DNA of 64,000 nt from positions 932,001-996,000 of the forward strand of contig OZ249436.1 in NCBI GenBank assembly GCA_965235115.1, read 5' to 3'. Source of the DNA: Laetmonice hystrix. Its lineage: Eukaryota. The translations under genes were made by a program, and so were the position numbers. The notes beneath the pieces were generated by a model. The model searched no databases, had not been told where the DNA came from, and saw nothing but the letters and a program-made list of their open reading frames with translations. Of the stretch, positions 13,934 through 27,012 are shown in pieces. Position 1 is the stretch's first letter. Each line of letters begins with the position of its first letter.

Positions 13934-15279
13934 AGAGCGAGCGTGTCAGAGCCGGGAACCAGCTTAATTGGCGGGCAGAGATAGGCCTATCCAGCCATTC
14001 GGGACTCCCTCGGGCATATGACGTCACTTCCTGCTATTCGAATATACCCTCGGGTGGAATAGCAGCCATGTTTGGCAACCAGATACACGGCCAAATGGAG
14101 GTGTGTAGCGAGGCACTGAGTGAACCGTCATATCTCATCGAGCCAGGAAGTAGTGCATTATTGACACCTGCTCCTTCGGCGTTGTATGTGCAAATATAAA
14201 TTTCTGGTATGAAGGGGAACTTTTTGAAGAAGAAAAATGAATCACCCAATTTACCTAAATGGGCGTCAATACGGTAATTTATCAAATTCTGGGAAGCAAT
14301 ATGGCCGTGCCCATGTACGACACTGGCCCGACACATGGTAGGACTACTTGTAATCATGTTGTAATTTAAGTTGTATCATGACATGATACTATTGTAATAT
14401 TGCCCACTGACTTCGGGGAAAGCATTGTAGGCCTATTTTAGTTGCTTCCATGCCTGATGCAGACAAAATATACTGCAAGTATTGCCATGCTGTGGAGAGT
14501 CCCGGCTAAATGTACCCGCGATGCAATGCTCAAAATGGCACCTATTTCACCCGAGGCTACTTTCGAAGATATGGCCGAGGATTCCCGAATGCTATCCAGC
14601 ATGCCGTGCGGCGTTAGTTTCAGGTATCGCCACACTGATTACCCCAATGAGACATTAGAGGCAATGAACAAAAAAATAAAACGTCATAGATGATGTGACA
14701 GATATAGGCCTACAATTATGTAGGTCTACAATACACGCACATAACCCACTTCTGACGCCTTGTGACAATAACCCCACGCACAGACGTGTAATACGACACC
14801 ACGGTAACTTGCCTATAAATAGAGACCGCGCGCGTCAATTTTCACGGAGTGTATCATATCGGCAGACTTATTATGGTCTACCACCTTTATTTTTAGCATC
14901 ACCTGGAGGCCAACTGTGAAACTGTAGTTTAAGGTTTCTTTAATTATAACTAGTACATGCACAGACCTGTAACGCCGTGTTGGCTTGTTGTGTAGATCTT
15001 CCTCCGCACAGAACATAGTTCCTCACATTATACCCCGATGTGGGGGGGGGGGGGGCATATTGTGCAGAAGGGTAGAACAAACAATTTCGTGCAGAGGGGG
15101 AGGAAAACATATTTTGTGCAGAGTATAGTCGAATGTTGGTGACTGATCTCCGTCGGCCTTTGGATGAGGAAGGTGTCCGAGCATGCCTGAGGCGCCACCT
15201 GGTGGTAATGTACTACCCTGGTGAACGGCAGCCATGTTTCAGCTGTCGGAGTGGTAGGAGGCGGCTGATTGGTGGGATG

Positions 15280-18200
15280 GCAAGGGTTGTGGTGGTCATA
15301 CCGTGTGGTCATTCCAAGGGTTGTGGTGGTCATACCGTGTGGTCATTCCAAGGGTTGTGGTGGTCATACCGTGTGGTCATTCCAAGGGTTGCGGTGGTCA
15401 TACCGTGTGGTCATTCCAAGGGTTGTGGTGGTCATACCGTGTGGTCATTCCAAGGGTTGTGGTGGTCATACCGTGTGGTCATTCCAAGGGTTGTGGTGGT
15501 CATACCGTGTGGTCATTCCAAGGGTTGTGGTGGTCACACCGTGTGGTCATTCCAAGGGTTGTGGTGGTCATACCGTGTGGTCATTCCAAGGGTTGCGGTG
15601 GTCATACCGTGTGGTCATTGCAAGGGTTGTGGTGGTCATACCGTGTGGTCATTGCAAGGGTTGTGGTGGTCATACCGTGTGGTCATTGCAAGGGTTGTGG
15701 TGGTCATACCGTGTGGTCATTCCAAGGGTTGTGGTGGTCATACCGTGTGGTCATTCCAAGGGTTGTGGTGGTCGTACCGTGTGGTCATTCCAAGGGTTGT
15801 GGTGGTCATACCGTGTGGTCATTCCAAGGGTTGTGGTGGTCATACCGTGTGGTCATTGCAAGGGTTGTGGTGGTCATACCGTGTGGTCATTGCAAGGGTT
15901 GTGGTGGTCATACCGTGTGGTCATTGCAAGGGTTGTGGTGGTCATACCGTGTGGTCATTCCAAGGGTTGTGGTGGTCATACCGTGTGGTCATTCCAAGGG
16001 TTGCGGTGGTCATACCGTGTGGTCATTGCAAGGGTTGTGGTGGTCATACCGTGTGGTCATTGCAAGGGTTGTGGTGGTCATACCGTGTGGTCATTGCAAG
16101 GGTTGTGGTGGTCATACCGTGTGGTCATTGCAAGGGTTGTGGTGGTCATACCGTGTGGTCATTCCAAGGGTTGTGGTGGTCACACCGTGTGGTCATTCCA
16201 AGGGTTGTGGTGGTCATACCGTGTGGTCATTCCAAGGGTTGTGGTGGTCATACCGTGTGGTCATTGCAAGGGTTGTGGTGGTCATACCGTGTGGTCATTG
16301 CAAGGGTTGTGGTGGTCATACCGTGTGGTCATTCCAAGGGTTGTGGTGGTCATACCGTGTGGTCATTGCAAGGGTTGTGGTGGTCATACCGTGTGGTCAT
16401 TCCAAGGGTTGTGGTGGTCATACCGTGTGGTCATTGCAAGGGTTGTGGTGGTCATACCGTGTGGTCATTGCAAGGGTTGTGGTGGTCATACCGTGTGGTC
16501 ATTCCAAGGGTTGTGGTGGTCATACCGTGTGGTCATTCCAAGGGTTGTGGTGGTCATACCGTGTGGTCATTGCAAGGGTTGTGGTGGTCATACCGTGTGG
16601 TCATTGCAAGGGTTGTGGTGGTCATACCGTGTGGTCATTGCAAGGGTTGTGGTGGTCATACCGTGTGGTCATTGCAAGGGTTGTGGTGGTCATACCGTGT
16701 GGTCATTCCAAGGGTTGTGGTGGTCATACCGTGTGGTCATTGCAAGGGTTGTGGTGGTCATACCGTGTGGTCATTCCAAGGGTTGTGGTGGTCATACCGT
16801 GTGGTCATTGCAAGGGTTGTGGTGGTCATACCGTGTGGTCATTGCAAGGGTTGTGGTGGTCATACCGTGTGGTCATTCCAAGGGTTGTGGTGGTCATACC
16901 GTGTGGTCATTCCAAGGGTTGTGGTGGTCATACCGTGTGGTCATTGCAAGGGTTGTGGTGGTCATACCGTGTGGTCATTCCAAGGGTTGTGGTGGTCATA
17001 CCTTGTGGTCATTCCAAGGGTTGTGGTGGTCATACCGTGTGGTCATTGCAAGAGTTGTGGTGGTCATACCGTGTGGTCATTGCAAGGGTTGTGGTGGTCA
17101 TACCGTGTGGTCATTCCAAGGGTTGTGGTGGTCATACCGTGTGGTCATTGCAAGGGTTGTGGTGGTCATACCGTGTGGTCATTGCAAGGGTTGTGGTGGT
17201 CATACCGTGTGGTCATTGCAAGGGTTGTGGTGGTCATACCGTGTGGTCATTCCAAGGGTTGTGGTGGTCATACCGTGTGGTCATTGCAAGGGTTGTGGTG
17301 GTCATACCGTGTGGTCATTGCAAGGGTTGTGGTGGTCATACCGTGTGGTCATTGCAAGGGTTGTGGTGGTCATACCGTGTGGTCATTCCAAGGGTTGTGG
17401 TGGTCATACCGTGTGGTCATTGCAAGGGTTGTGGTGGTCATACCGTGTGGTCATTCCAAGGGTTGTGGTGGTCATACCGTGTGGTCATTCCAAGGGTTGT
17501 GGTGGTCATACCGTGTGGTCATTGCAAGAGTTGTGGTGGTCATACCGTGTGGTCATTGCAAGGGTTGTGGTGGTCATACCCTGTGGTCATTCCAAGGGTT
17601 GTGGTGGTCATACCGTGTGGTCATTCCAAGGGTTGTGGTGGTCATACCGTGTGGTCATTGCAAGGGTTGTGGTGGTCATACCGTGTGGTCATTCCAAGGG
17701 TTGTGGTGGTCATACCTTGTGGTCATTCCAAGGGTTGTGGTGGTCATACCGTGTGGTCATTCCAAGGGTTGTGGTGGTCATACCGTGTGGTCATTCCAAG
17801 GGTTGTGGTGGTCATACCTTGTGGTCATTCCAAGGGTTGTGGTGGTCATACCGTGTGGTCATTCCAAGGGTTGTGGTGGTCATACCGTGTGGTCATTCCA
17901 AGGGTTGTGGTGGTCATACCGTGTGGTCATTCCAAGGGTTGTGGTGGTCATACCGTGTGGTCATTCCAAGGGTTGTGGTGGTCATACCGTGTGGTCATTC
18001 CAAGGGTTGTGGTGGTCATACCGTGTGGTCATTCCAAGGGTTGTGGTGGTCATACCGTGTGGTCATTGCAAGGGTTGTGGTGGTCATACCGTGTGGTCAT
18101 TCCAAGGGTTGTGGTGGTCATACCGTGTGGTCATTCCAAGGGTTGTGGTGGTCATACCGTGTGGTCATTCCAAGGGTTGTGGTGGTCATACCGTGTGGTC

Positions 18201-18476
18201 ATTGCAAGGGTTGTGGTGGTCATACCGTGTGGTCATTCCAAGGGTTGTGGTGGTCATACCGTGTGGTCATTCCAAGGGTTGTGGTGGTCATACCGTGTGG
18301 TCATTGCAAGGGTTGTGGTGGTCATACCGTGTGGTCATTCCAAGGGTTGTGGTGGTCATACCGTGTGGTCATTGCAAGGGTTGTGGTGGTCATACCGTGT
18401 GGTCATTCCAAGGGTTGCGGTGGTCATACCGTGTGGTCATTTCAAGGGTTGTGGTGGTCGTACCGTGTGGTCATTT
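15280..18476. repeat. 34-bp minisatellite, about 94 copies
   Basis: CAAGGGTTGTGGTGGTCATACCGTGTGGTCATTS repeated; explains the three ORFs over 1000 aa. Confidence 0.97.
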
Positions 18477-19057
18477 GACCTTGTGTGGGGGAGGGTAGGT
18501 GTTGTAGATTGGGCGGGTAGGCGTGAATCCATCCACGGGGCAGTCAATGCGTATGGCAACTGCCCCCTCCCCCGGTTGGATCCGCCACTAAGGGGTTCCT
18601 GGAGGATTGCACTTTAAACAAATTGTTTTAGGGGTTATGTTGTACTATAGAGGTAAGTCTTTATTACAGAGCCCTGATGGGGACATGAAAAAAACAATCG
18701 TTTCAGAGAAAAAGTTTTGGGGTAGCCTAACCTCGTATAACGACTTAGTGACGTCATTAACGCGTTATTATGACTTAATGACGTCACTAAATCGTTGCGA
18801 GTTAATCGCGTTCGTTTCAGAGAATTTTTTGCTGGTGATCTCTCTATGCCCCCAACAGCTAGGGCTTCATAGGGCCTACTAAATAAATAATTCCAGAAAA
18901 CTTCGGGCGGGGTATAACTAGAATGTGTCTTCTCGTCTACTATTGAGTAGTGCCCCCTACCGGTAAAGATGCTGACTATGACAAGGTTGGGATTAGTCGT
19001 ACCGTAACGGGAGTAAGTGTGGGCGGTGTAAGGCGAGGTTCAATCTCTGCAGGCATT

Positions 19058-19180
19058 TCCTATCTGGGCCTGCATCCTATCTGGGCCTGCATCCTATCTG
19101 GGCCTGCATCCTATCTGGGCCTGCATCCTATCTGGGCCTGCATCCTATCTGGGCCGGCATCCTATCTGGGCCTGCATCCT
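19058..19180. repeat. 17-bp minisatellite
   Basis: CCTATCTGGGCCTGCAT repeated. Confidence 0.95.
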
Positions 19181-19523
19181 AAGTGCTCTGATGTGTCATT
19201 CCACCAATCTGACCTAAGGAAGCCAGAGGCGGCAGGAAGAAACGACATCAGATTGGGCTATTGTTGGCACTGTTGACACACAATACCACCTAGTGTTTAT
19301 TACGCCCACTCGTTTAGCTCTTATTAACTTACAGGGCTAAAATTCCACGCTTTAATTTAATCTCCCATTTATCCATTATATTTCCCAATCGTACAGTGAA
19401 GAGTCCGTCAGCAATGAGAGATTATTATTGACTAATATATTGGTATTGAGTTTTCCCTTTTAGCTGTAAATGTGTGGGTGTATATTAAAGTTGTATTTGC
19501 AGTAAGCTTAAATCTTTTTACCA

Positions 19524-20220
19524 TGTTGCATACACTATTAGCCTCTCCAGTTAATCACCAAGTATTCTCCTAATGTTGCATACACTATTAGCTTCTCCGG
19601 TTAATCACCAAGTATTCTCCTAATGTTGCATACACTATTAGCTTCTCCAGTTAATCACCGAGTATTCTCCTAATGTTGCATACACTATTAGCTTCTCCAG
19701 TTAATCACCAAGTATTCTCCTAATGTTGCATACACTATTAGCTTCTCCAGTTAATCACCAAGGATTCTCCTAATGTTGCATACACTATTAGCTTCTCCAG
19801 TTAATCACCAAGTATTCTCCTAATGTTGCATACACTATTAGCTTCTCCAGTTAATCACCAAGTATTCTCCTAATGTTGCATACACTATTAGCTTCTCCAG
19901 TTAATCACCAAGGATTCTCCTAATGTTGCATACACTATTAGCTTCTCCAGTTAATCACCAAGTATTCTCCTAATGTTGCATACACTATTAGCTTCTCCAG
20001 TTAATCACCAAGGATTCTCCTAATGTTGCATACACTATTAGCTTCTCCGGTTAATCACCAAGTATTCTCCTAATGTTGCATACACTATTAGCTTCTCCGG
20101 TTAATCACCAAGTATTCTCCTAATGTTGCATACACTATTAGCTTCTCCAGTTAATCACCAAGGATTCTCCTAATGTTGCATACACTATTAGCTTCTCCAG
20201 TGAATCACCAAGGATTCTCC
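19524..20220. repeat. 50-bp minisatellite, about 14 copies
   Basis: TAATGTTGCATACACTATTAGCTTCTCCAGTTAATCACCAAGTATTCTCC repeated. Confidence 0.95.
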
Positions 20221-20306
20221 TTTACCCGTATGATGCACCTCGAGCCGACAACGGTTCAAAAAGAAACCTACCTGCCGTGCGTACAGACACTGAAACAGGA
20301 GGCACA

Positions 20307-20380
20307 CAGTTACTTGCCACAGAGTCGGTGTTTTCTCCAGGCACCCCGGTTTCCTTCACAAGTATAATTATTGACCCCTC
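20307..20380 (+). mobile_element. Possible SINE central-domain fragment (V-domain-like)
   Basis: CAGTTACTTGCCACAGAGTCGGTGTTTTCTCCAGGCACCCCGGTTTCCTTCAC resembles the recalled GGTTTTCTCCGGGTACTCCGGTTTCCTCC core; not database-checked. Confidence 0.4.
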
Positions 20381-20975
20381 GTAAGAATATGGTCATCCAT
20401 AAATTGTAACCACTGTGATCATACGTAAGAATATGGTCATCCATAAATTGTAACCACTGTGATCATCCGTAAGAATATGGTCATCCATAAATTGTAACCA
20501 CTGTGATCATAGGTAAGAATATGGTCATCCATAAATTGTAACCATTGTGATCATACGTAAGAATATGGTCATCCATAAATTGTAACCACTGTGATCATAC
20601 GTAAGAATATGGTCATCCATAAATTGTAACCACTGTGATCATACGTAAGAATATGGTCATCCATAAATTGTAACCACTGTGATCATATAAGAATATGGTC
20701 ATCCATAAATTGTAACCATTGTGATCATACGTAAGAATATGGTCATCCATAAATTGTAACCACTGTGATCATACGTAAGAATATGGTCATCCATAAATTG
20801 TAACCACTGTGATCATACGTAAGAATATGGTCATCCATAAATTGTAACCACTGTGATCATACGTAAGAATATGGTCATCCATAAATTGTAACCACTGTGA
20901 TCATACGTAAGAATATGGTCATCCATAAATTGTAACCACTGTGATCATACGTAAGAATATGGTCATCCATAAATT
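20380..20975. repeat. 44-bp minisatellite, about 13 copies
   Basis: CGTAAGAATATGGTCATCCATAAATTGTAACCACTGTGATCATA repeated. Confidence 0.95.
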
Positions 20976-21019
20976 CCTCCTCGTCAGTAGGCCGACGTAT
21001 CAAAGCAGTCAGACAATTT

Positions 21020-21322
21020 TCTGAGTACACAAACTACATGTACACAAACTAACTTAGATCCATGGACTCTATGAGAAACAGAACAAACCCACTGTCTGAG
21101 TACACAAACTACATGTACACAAACTAACTTAGATCCATGGACTCTATGAGAAACAGAACAAACCCACTGTCTGAGTACACAAACTACATGTACACAAACT
21201 AACTTAGATCCATGGACTCTATGAGAAACAGAACAAACCCACTGTCTGAGTACACAAACTACATGTACACAAACTAGCTTAGATCCATGGACTCTATGAG
21301 AAACAGAACAAACCCACTGTCT
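21020..21322. repeat. 75-bp tandem repeat, 4 copies
   Basis: CTGAGTACACAAACTACATG... repeated. Confidence 0.95.
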
Positions 21323-21409
21323 TCTTATGGCAGAATCACGAGAAAACTTGTGTACACTGTGGCCGGAGTTGTTACAAATCTTTACCGCACCAAAATAAAC
21401 CATTTTGTA

Positions 21410-21688
21410 CTGTGGCCGAAAAGTACAAACATTCTCAGCTGGAAGATTTGGATCCTCGGGTCAACAGGTCTCGCTACTCGAGTCACAGATTTCGGTACTC
21501 GGGTCCAATGTCCCGAGTAGCGAAATCTGCGAGCCGAGTAGCAACATTGGACCCGAGTACCGAAATCTGCGAGCCGAGGATCGATATCGACGAACCGAGT
21601 TAAGTAGCAACATCTGACCGGAGTAGGAACATTTGTGACCCGAGTATCAAAATCCCCCAGCCGAGAATGTTGTACTTTTCGGCCACAG
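21410..21688. mobile_element. Fold-back MITE flanked by TA (Tc1/mariner-type TSD)
   Basis: TA|CTGTGGCCGAAAAGTACAA...TTGTACTTTTCGGCCACAG|TA, plus inner inverted arms AGATTTCGGTACTCGGGTCCAATGT / ACATTGGACCCGAGTACCGAAATCT. Confidence 0.75.
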
Positions 21689-21957
21689 TAATTTTGAGAG
21701 ATTGGCATACGTATAATGGTGATGGTATAGGTGTACATCAACTGTAACACTACTCAGTCTGTTACCACCGTGTTCTGACGCTGACGTCACGGTCTTGGCG
21801 GGAGTGTGGGGACTTGACTGGATCTCGGGTTACAGATAAACTAATTGCCATGCGGGAGACCGTCGCGGAGGCCATGCGGAATGTCTTGAGAGGCTCCTGG
21901 TAGAGATTTTTGATCTCCAGGTAGTGTTATGGTTTACATAGAATTTAAAGCCCTATC

Positions 21958-22180
21958 TACGGTGGGTACCCACCGTAATCTAGGTCAGGTCGTGACCTAG
22001 ATTACGGTGGGTACCCACCGTAATCTAGGTCAGGTCGTGACCTAGATTACGGTGGGTACCCACCGTAATCTAGGTCAGGTCGTGACCCAGATTACGGTGG
22101 GTACCCACCGTAATCTGGGTCAGGTCGTGACCCAGATTACGGTGGGTACCCACCGTAATCTGGGTCAGGTCGTGACCCAG
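21958..22180. repeat. 45-bp tandem repeat built on a 40-bp perfect palindrome
   Basis: TGACCTAGATTACGGTGGGTACCCACCGTAATCTAGGTCA plus a GGTCG linker, about 5 copies. Confidence 0.9.
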
Positions 22181-22414
22181 GGTGAGATAAGGAGGAGGGA
22201 GGAGCTAGTGGGCTTGGAGCCGCCACTCTGCACTAGATTTTGCACTACCATCACCCCCTTCAGCTGAGTGATTGACAGCTCACTCTAGAATTTTAAACCT
22301 AACGTGTCCCCCCCCCCTGGATCCGCCACTGGGTCTCAACACACCACCAGATCAATGGCGGCAAGCTTGATAGCTTCAGCAGGATTTCTAGTTTGTAAAA
22401 ACTGGGTTTCCTTG

Positions 22415-22908
22415 GACCCATGGATGGGGTCTGGCCTGAGGCCCATTTATTGGTGCTTGAGACCCTTTGATGGGAGAGATAGGACCTGCGACCCATGGAT
22501 GGGGTCTGGCCTGAGGCCCATTTATTGGTGTTAATGCTTGAGACCCTTTGATGGGAGAGATAGGACCTGCGACCCATGGATGGGGTCTGGCCTGAGGCCC
22601 ATTTATTGGTGTTAGCCTTGAGACCCTTTGATGGGAGAGATAGGACCTGCGATCCATGGATTTATTGGTGTTAGCCTTGAGACCGTTTGATGGGAGAGAT
22701 AGGACCTGCGATCCATGGATTTATTGGTGTTAGGCTTGAGACCCTTTGATGGGAGAGATAGGACCTGCGATCCATGGATTTATTGGTGTTAGCCTTGAGA
22801 CCGTTTGATGGGAGAGATAGGACCTGCGATCCATGGATTTATTGGTGTTAGCCTTGAGACCGTTTGATGGGAGAGATAGGACCTGCGATCCATGGATGGG
22901 GTCTGGCC
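22415..22908. repeat. Compound repeat of roughly 60-75 bp
   Basis: GAGACCSTTTGATGGGAGAGATAGGACCTGCGAYCCATGGAT repeated. Confidence 0.9.
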
Positions 22909-23627
22909 TTTTTTAGCGCGCTTGTTGCCAATGTGCAGCACCTACGACGTTGGTTATTTCCAGCACCCCCCGGGTCCAGTTTCTGGGTACGCTACTGGAC
23001 CTGCCATCCATAGATACGGGGCCGCCTACAAGGGACACAGAGGCCACTTTGCAATGTACTACTACCTGCAGTAGGCCTGTGGATAATGAAACTCGTGCGA
23101 CAAAACCACGTAATGATAGTTTGAAAAAGAAACGACGATTTTTTAAAACAGTTTAGGCTTGTATCTAAAGCAGGCGGACAGACAGTTGTCTTTGCCATCC
23201 ACGTGGCAGGAAGTCGCTGCGCCGTGGATGCTGCCCAGCGTGGCCGTCCTAGTGTGCTGTTCACTCGCTGTGTGGCGCTGTGCGGCCCGAGTACAGCAGC
23301 TGGTGCCTGGGTCGGGCAGGCATGGCTGAATGGTGACCACTGTCTGTAACGATGGGCACCAGTTGGCAGGGAGACTGGCCGCTGTTACCAGTGGTCACTG
23401 AGCGGTCATTACACGACCACGCACAGACAGGCGCTGTCCTGCTCGTATCATAAGGTTGTAGACTTTGACCGGATGGGAACGCAATGATACAGAGATAATA
23501 CAATGTATTCTTCATCACAACTGGTTCTTAGAAATGTGGGAGTTGACCAGCCCAGGCATGGAGTCAATGTCCCGAGCTTTGTCTTACGTCAGACTTAGGT
23601 GAGTAGTAGTATTGAATCAAGTTTTTA

Positions 23628-24628
23628 CATCATGTTCATCTTGTTCAGTGTCATCAAGTTCAGTGTCATCATGTTCAGTGTCATCATGTTCAGTGTCATC
23701 AAGTTCGGTGTCATCAAGTTCAGTGTCATCATGTTCAGTGTCATCATGTTCAGTGCCATCAAGCTCAGTGTCATCATGTTCAGTGTCATCAAGTTCAGTG
23801 TCATCATGCTCAGTGTCATCAAGTTCAGTGTCATCATGTTCAGTGTCATCAAGTTCAGTGTCATCATGTTCAGTGTCATCATGTTCAGTGTCATCATGTT
23901 CAGTGCCATCATGTTCAGTGTCATCATGTTCAGTGTCATCATGTTCAGTGTCATCATGTTCAGTGTCATCATGCTCAGTGTCATCATGTTCAGTGCCATC
24001 ATGTTCAGTGTCATCATGTTCAGTGTCATCATGTTCAGTGTCATCATGTTCAGTGTCATCATGCTCAGTGTCATCAAGTTCAGTGTCATCATGCTCAGTG
24101 TCATCAAGTTCAGTGTCATCATGTTCAGTGTCATCAAGTTCAGTGTCATCATGTTCAGTGTCATCATGCTCAGTGTCATCAAGTTCAGTGTCATCATGTT
24201 CAGTGTCATCAAGTTCAGTGTCATCATGCTCAGTGTCATCAAGTTCAGTGTCATCATGTTCAGTGTCATCAAGTTCAGTGTCATCATGCTCAGTGTCATC
24301 AAGTTCAGTGTCATCATGTTCAGTGTCATCATGTTCAGTGTCATCATGCTCAGTGTCATCATGTTCAGTGTCATCATGTCCAGTGTCATCATGTTCAGTG
24401 TCATCATGCTCAGTGTCATCAAGTTCAGTGTCATCATGTTCAGTGTCATCATGTTCAGTGTCATCAAGCTCAGTGTCATGCTCAGTGTCATCAAGTTCAG
24501 TGTCATCATGTTCAGTGTCATCATGCTCAGTGTCATCAAGTTGGTGTCATCATGTTCAGTGTCATCATGTTCGTTCAGTGTCATCAAGCTCAGTACCATC
24601 ATGTTCAGTGTCATCAAGTTGGTGTCAT
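23628..24628. repeat. 15-bp minisatellite
   Basis: TCAGTGTCATCAWGY repeated. Confidence 0.95.
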
Positions 24629-24779
24629 GGAGAGGACAAGTTGTCATATTATCCCAGGCGATCTCGAGAAAGATCTTTTCGTTCAGTTCATGACTGCAAC
24701 AGAAACTGTATGACTTGTGATATACGACCGTCTTGGTCTGATTGACGGGAGAATATGAAAGGACGTTACGACAAGTTAC

Positions 24780-25258
24780 CACTCACTCACTCATTCACTC
24801 CCAGGCTCACTCACTCACTCATTCACTCCCAGGCTCACTCACTCACTCATTCAATCCCCGGCTCACTCACTCACTCATTCACTCCCCGGCTTACTCACTC
24901 ACTTACTCATTCACTCCCAGGCTCACTCACTCACTCATTCACTCCCCGGCTCACTCACTCACTCACTCACTCCCCGGCTCACTCACTCACTCATTCACTC
25001 CCCGGCTCACTCACTCACTCATTCACTCCCAGGCTCACTCACTCACTCATTCACTCCCAGGCTCACTCACTCACTTACTCATTCACTCCCAGGCTCACTC
25101 ACTCACTCATTCACTCCCCGGCTCACTCACTCACTCACTCACTCCCCGGCTCACTCACTCACTCATTCACTCCCCGGCTCACTCACTCACTCATTCCCCC
25201 ACTCACTCACTCATTCACTCACTCCCCTAATCACTCATTTACGTACTCACTCACTCCG
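24780..25258. repeat. (ACTC)n-derived compound microsatellite
   Basis: CACTCACTCATTCACTCCCMGG repeated. Confidence 0.9.
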
Positions 25259-25974
25259 CGTCAGTATAATTTTCACGCATGTTGTATGAACTTTCCTGTC
25301 AGTTCAGGTTCAACAACAGTGAACTGAAAGTTTCACAGATGTAGTCGTATGACTTTTACGTGACATATAGACCATAATTGTATTGAGGATTTGCGTGATG
25401 TAGGGACGCATTGTATTGAGGATTTGCGTGATGTAGGGACGCATTATGTAACTTTTATATAAGAAAAAAATACCTCCATACTCCTGATTGATACTAAATA
25501 GCATAAGTGGCAAATAAATTACTGACGTAACAAGTGAAGAAAACCAGGCAGTCAGGGTTACATGCGTGCCATGTAAGGGTTACATGCGTGCCAAGGGTTA
25601 CATGTGTGCCATGGGTATTAAAGGTGTGATTGTATTATATTATAATTATATCATAGACCAAGGATGGAAGCCGCGAGCATAGAAAGATCTCCTCTCTCTC
25701 TCTCTCCCCCTCTCTCTCTTTCTCTCTCTATCTCTCTATATCATTCTCTGTCTCTCTCTCGCTCTCTCTGTCTCTGTCTCTCTCTCGTTCCACTTTTTTG
25801 ACATCTTTTGCTTCGTCCTATAAATAGAGAACTATGAAGGAATGCGCCGATGGTTAGGTGTGGCCGATACACGAGTGTCGCACCATCTGGGCCCCGCCAG
25901 ACTGGATACATTCAGTGTGGCCTTCCACGACAAGCCTGCTGCCATCGGGCCATGTTAAAACATGTTACCACTCC

Positions 25975-26240
25975 ACCGGCCGAGCCCTGCGCCGGCCTAC
26001 CGTCTACCGGCCCAGCCCCGCGCCGGTCTACTGTCCACCGGCCCAGCCCCGCGCCGGTCTACTGTCCACCGGCCCAGCCCCGCGCCGGTCTACCGTCTAC
26101 CGGCTCAGCCCCTCGCCGGTCTACTGTCCACCGGCCCAGCCCTGCGCCGGCCTACCGTCTACCGGCCCACCGGTCGCATGCAGTCAGCACGCCGGTCTAC
26201 GGTCTACCGGCCCACCGGCCGCATGCAGTCAGCACGCCGG
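25975..26240. repeat. GC-rich degenerate tandem repeat, unit about 30 bp
   Basis: CCGGCCCAGCCCCGCGCCGGTCTACTGTCCA repeated. Confidence 0.85.
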
Positions 26241-27012
26241 TGTCCCATACAGTTCAGTCCCGTGATAGACGGTGGGCCGGACCTTTGTGTACATGATAGT
26301 CCGGGGAAGGAGACCAAACCAAATTGTCTGTGCACAACAGATCCTCCCCTGTTGACATATTTATGTTCTAAATTTCAAATAATCACCCTGATTTATCCTA
26401 ACACATTCCTAAACCGATCCTTCTCCCTGGTAAGGGGACCGAACTAATGGTGGGGTCCAGTTTACGTCTGACACCGGTACCCTGTCAGTCCGTCCACCGG
26501 CAGCAGTTGGGGGTTGACCATGGCCGCTAGGTGTCGCCCTGTCTACGGGTGCCGTCCGTGTGTCTGGTATACACTGGTCTGGGACAGACATACCACGACA
26601 TGGATTTCTCCAAATGTCCCCTCAGAATGCCGACAGTACAATGTTACATTCTACACGCGCTACTCGAGCTCGATACCTTGCTATATAAGGTCATATGTCC
26701 ATGTCCAGCCGTACGTACTTTTTACAGTGCCTTACGGACTTTTTACAGTGCGGGTCGTTTAAATAGTTCAAGAAATTGTTTAGGTTTTCATGCAACAGCA
26801 TGTTTGGAAATATGTGTCATGTTTCACCATCATGAACTCCTCAAGCTCTAGGTCTAGGGACATGCATAACAAAAATTATTTTAAAAATTATTTGATAAAA
26901 CTATATTTTATTTTTATTTACCGCTTCTCTGTGTTTCTTTTCAATCTTTATCTGGTTCAGAAATAAACGGTGTTTAATGGATTAGCAATAACAGGACAAC
27001 TATAGATGTACA

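Noticed and set aside
14438..14635. Minus-strand PQHGNTCSIFCL, faintly like a Ulp1 protease motif
   Set aside because: Too short, with no supporting motifs
15133..18617. Three ORFs over 1000 aa with CxxCxxC-like repeats
   Set aside because: The same peptide cycles through all three frames of a 34-bp repeat; artefact
21836..21920. Possible upstream (EF-hand-type) rhomboid coding exon bounded by ttacag and gtagtg
   Set aside because: All three frames from the AG contain stops, and I found no EF-hand motif anywhere upstream
21958..22180. CRISPR-like palindromic repeats
   Set aside because: No unique spacers, no cas genes, and a spliceosomal eukaryotic context; the same applies to all other arrays
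23599..24782. Ser/Cys-rich and hydrophobic ORFs
   Set aside because: Artefact of the 15-bp repeat
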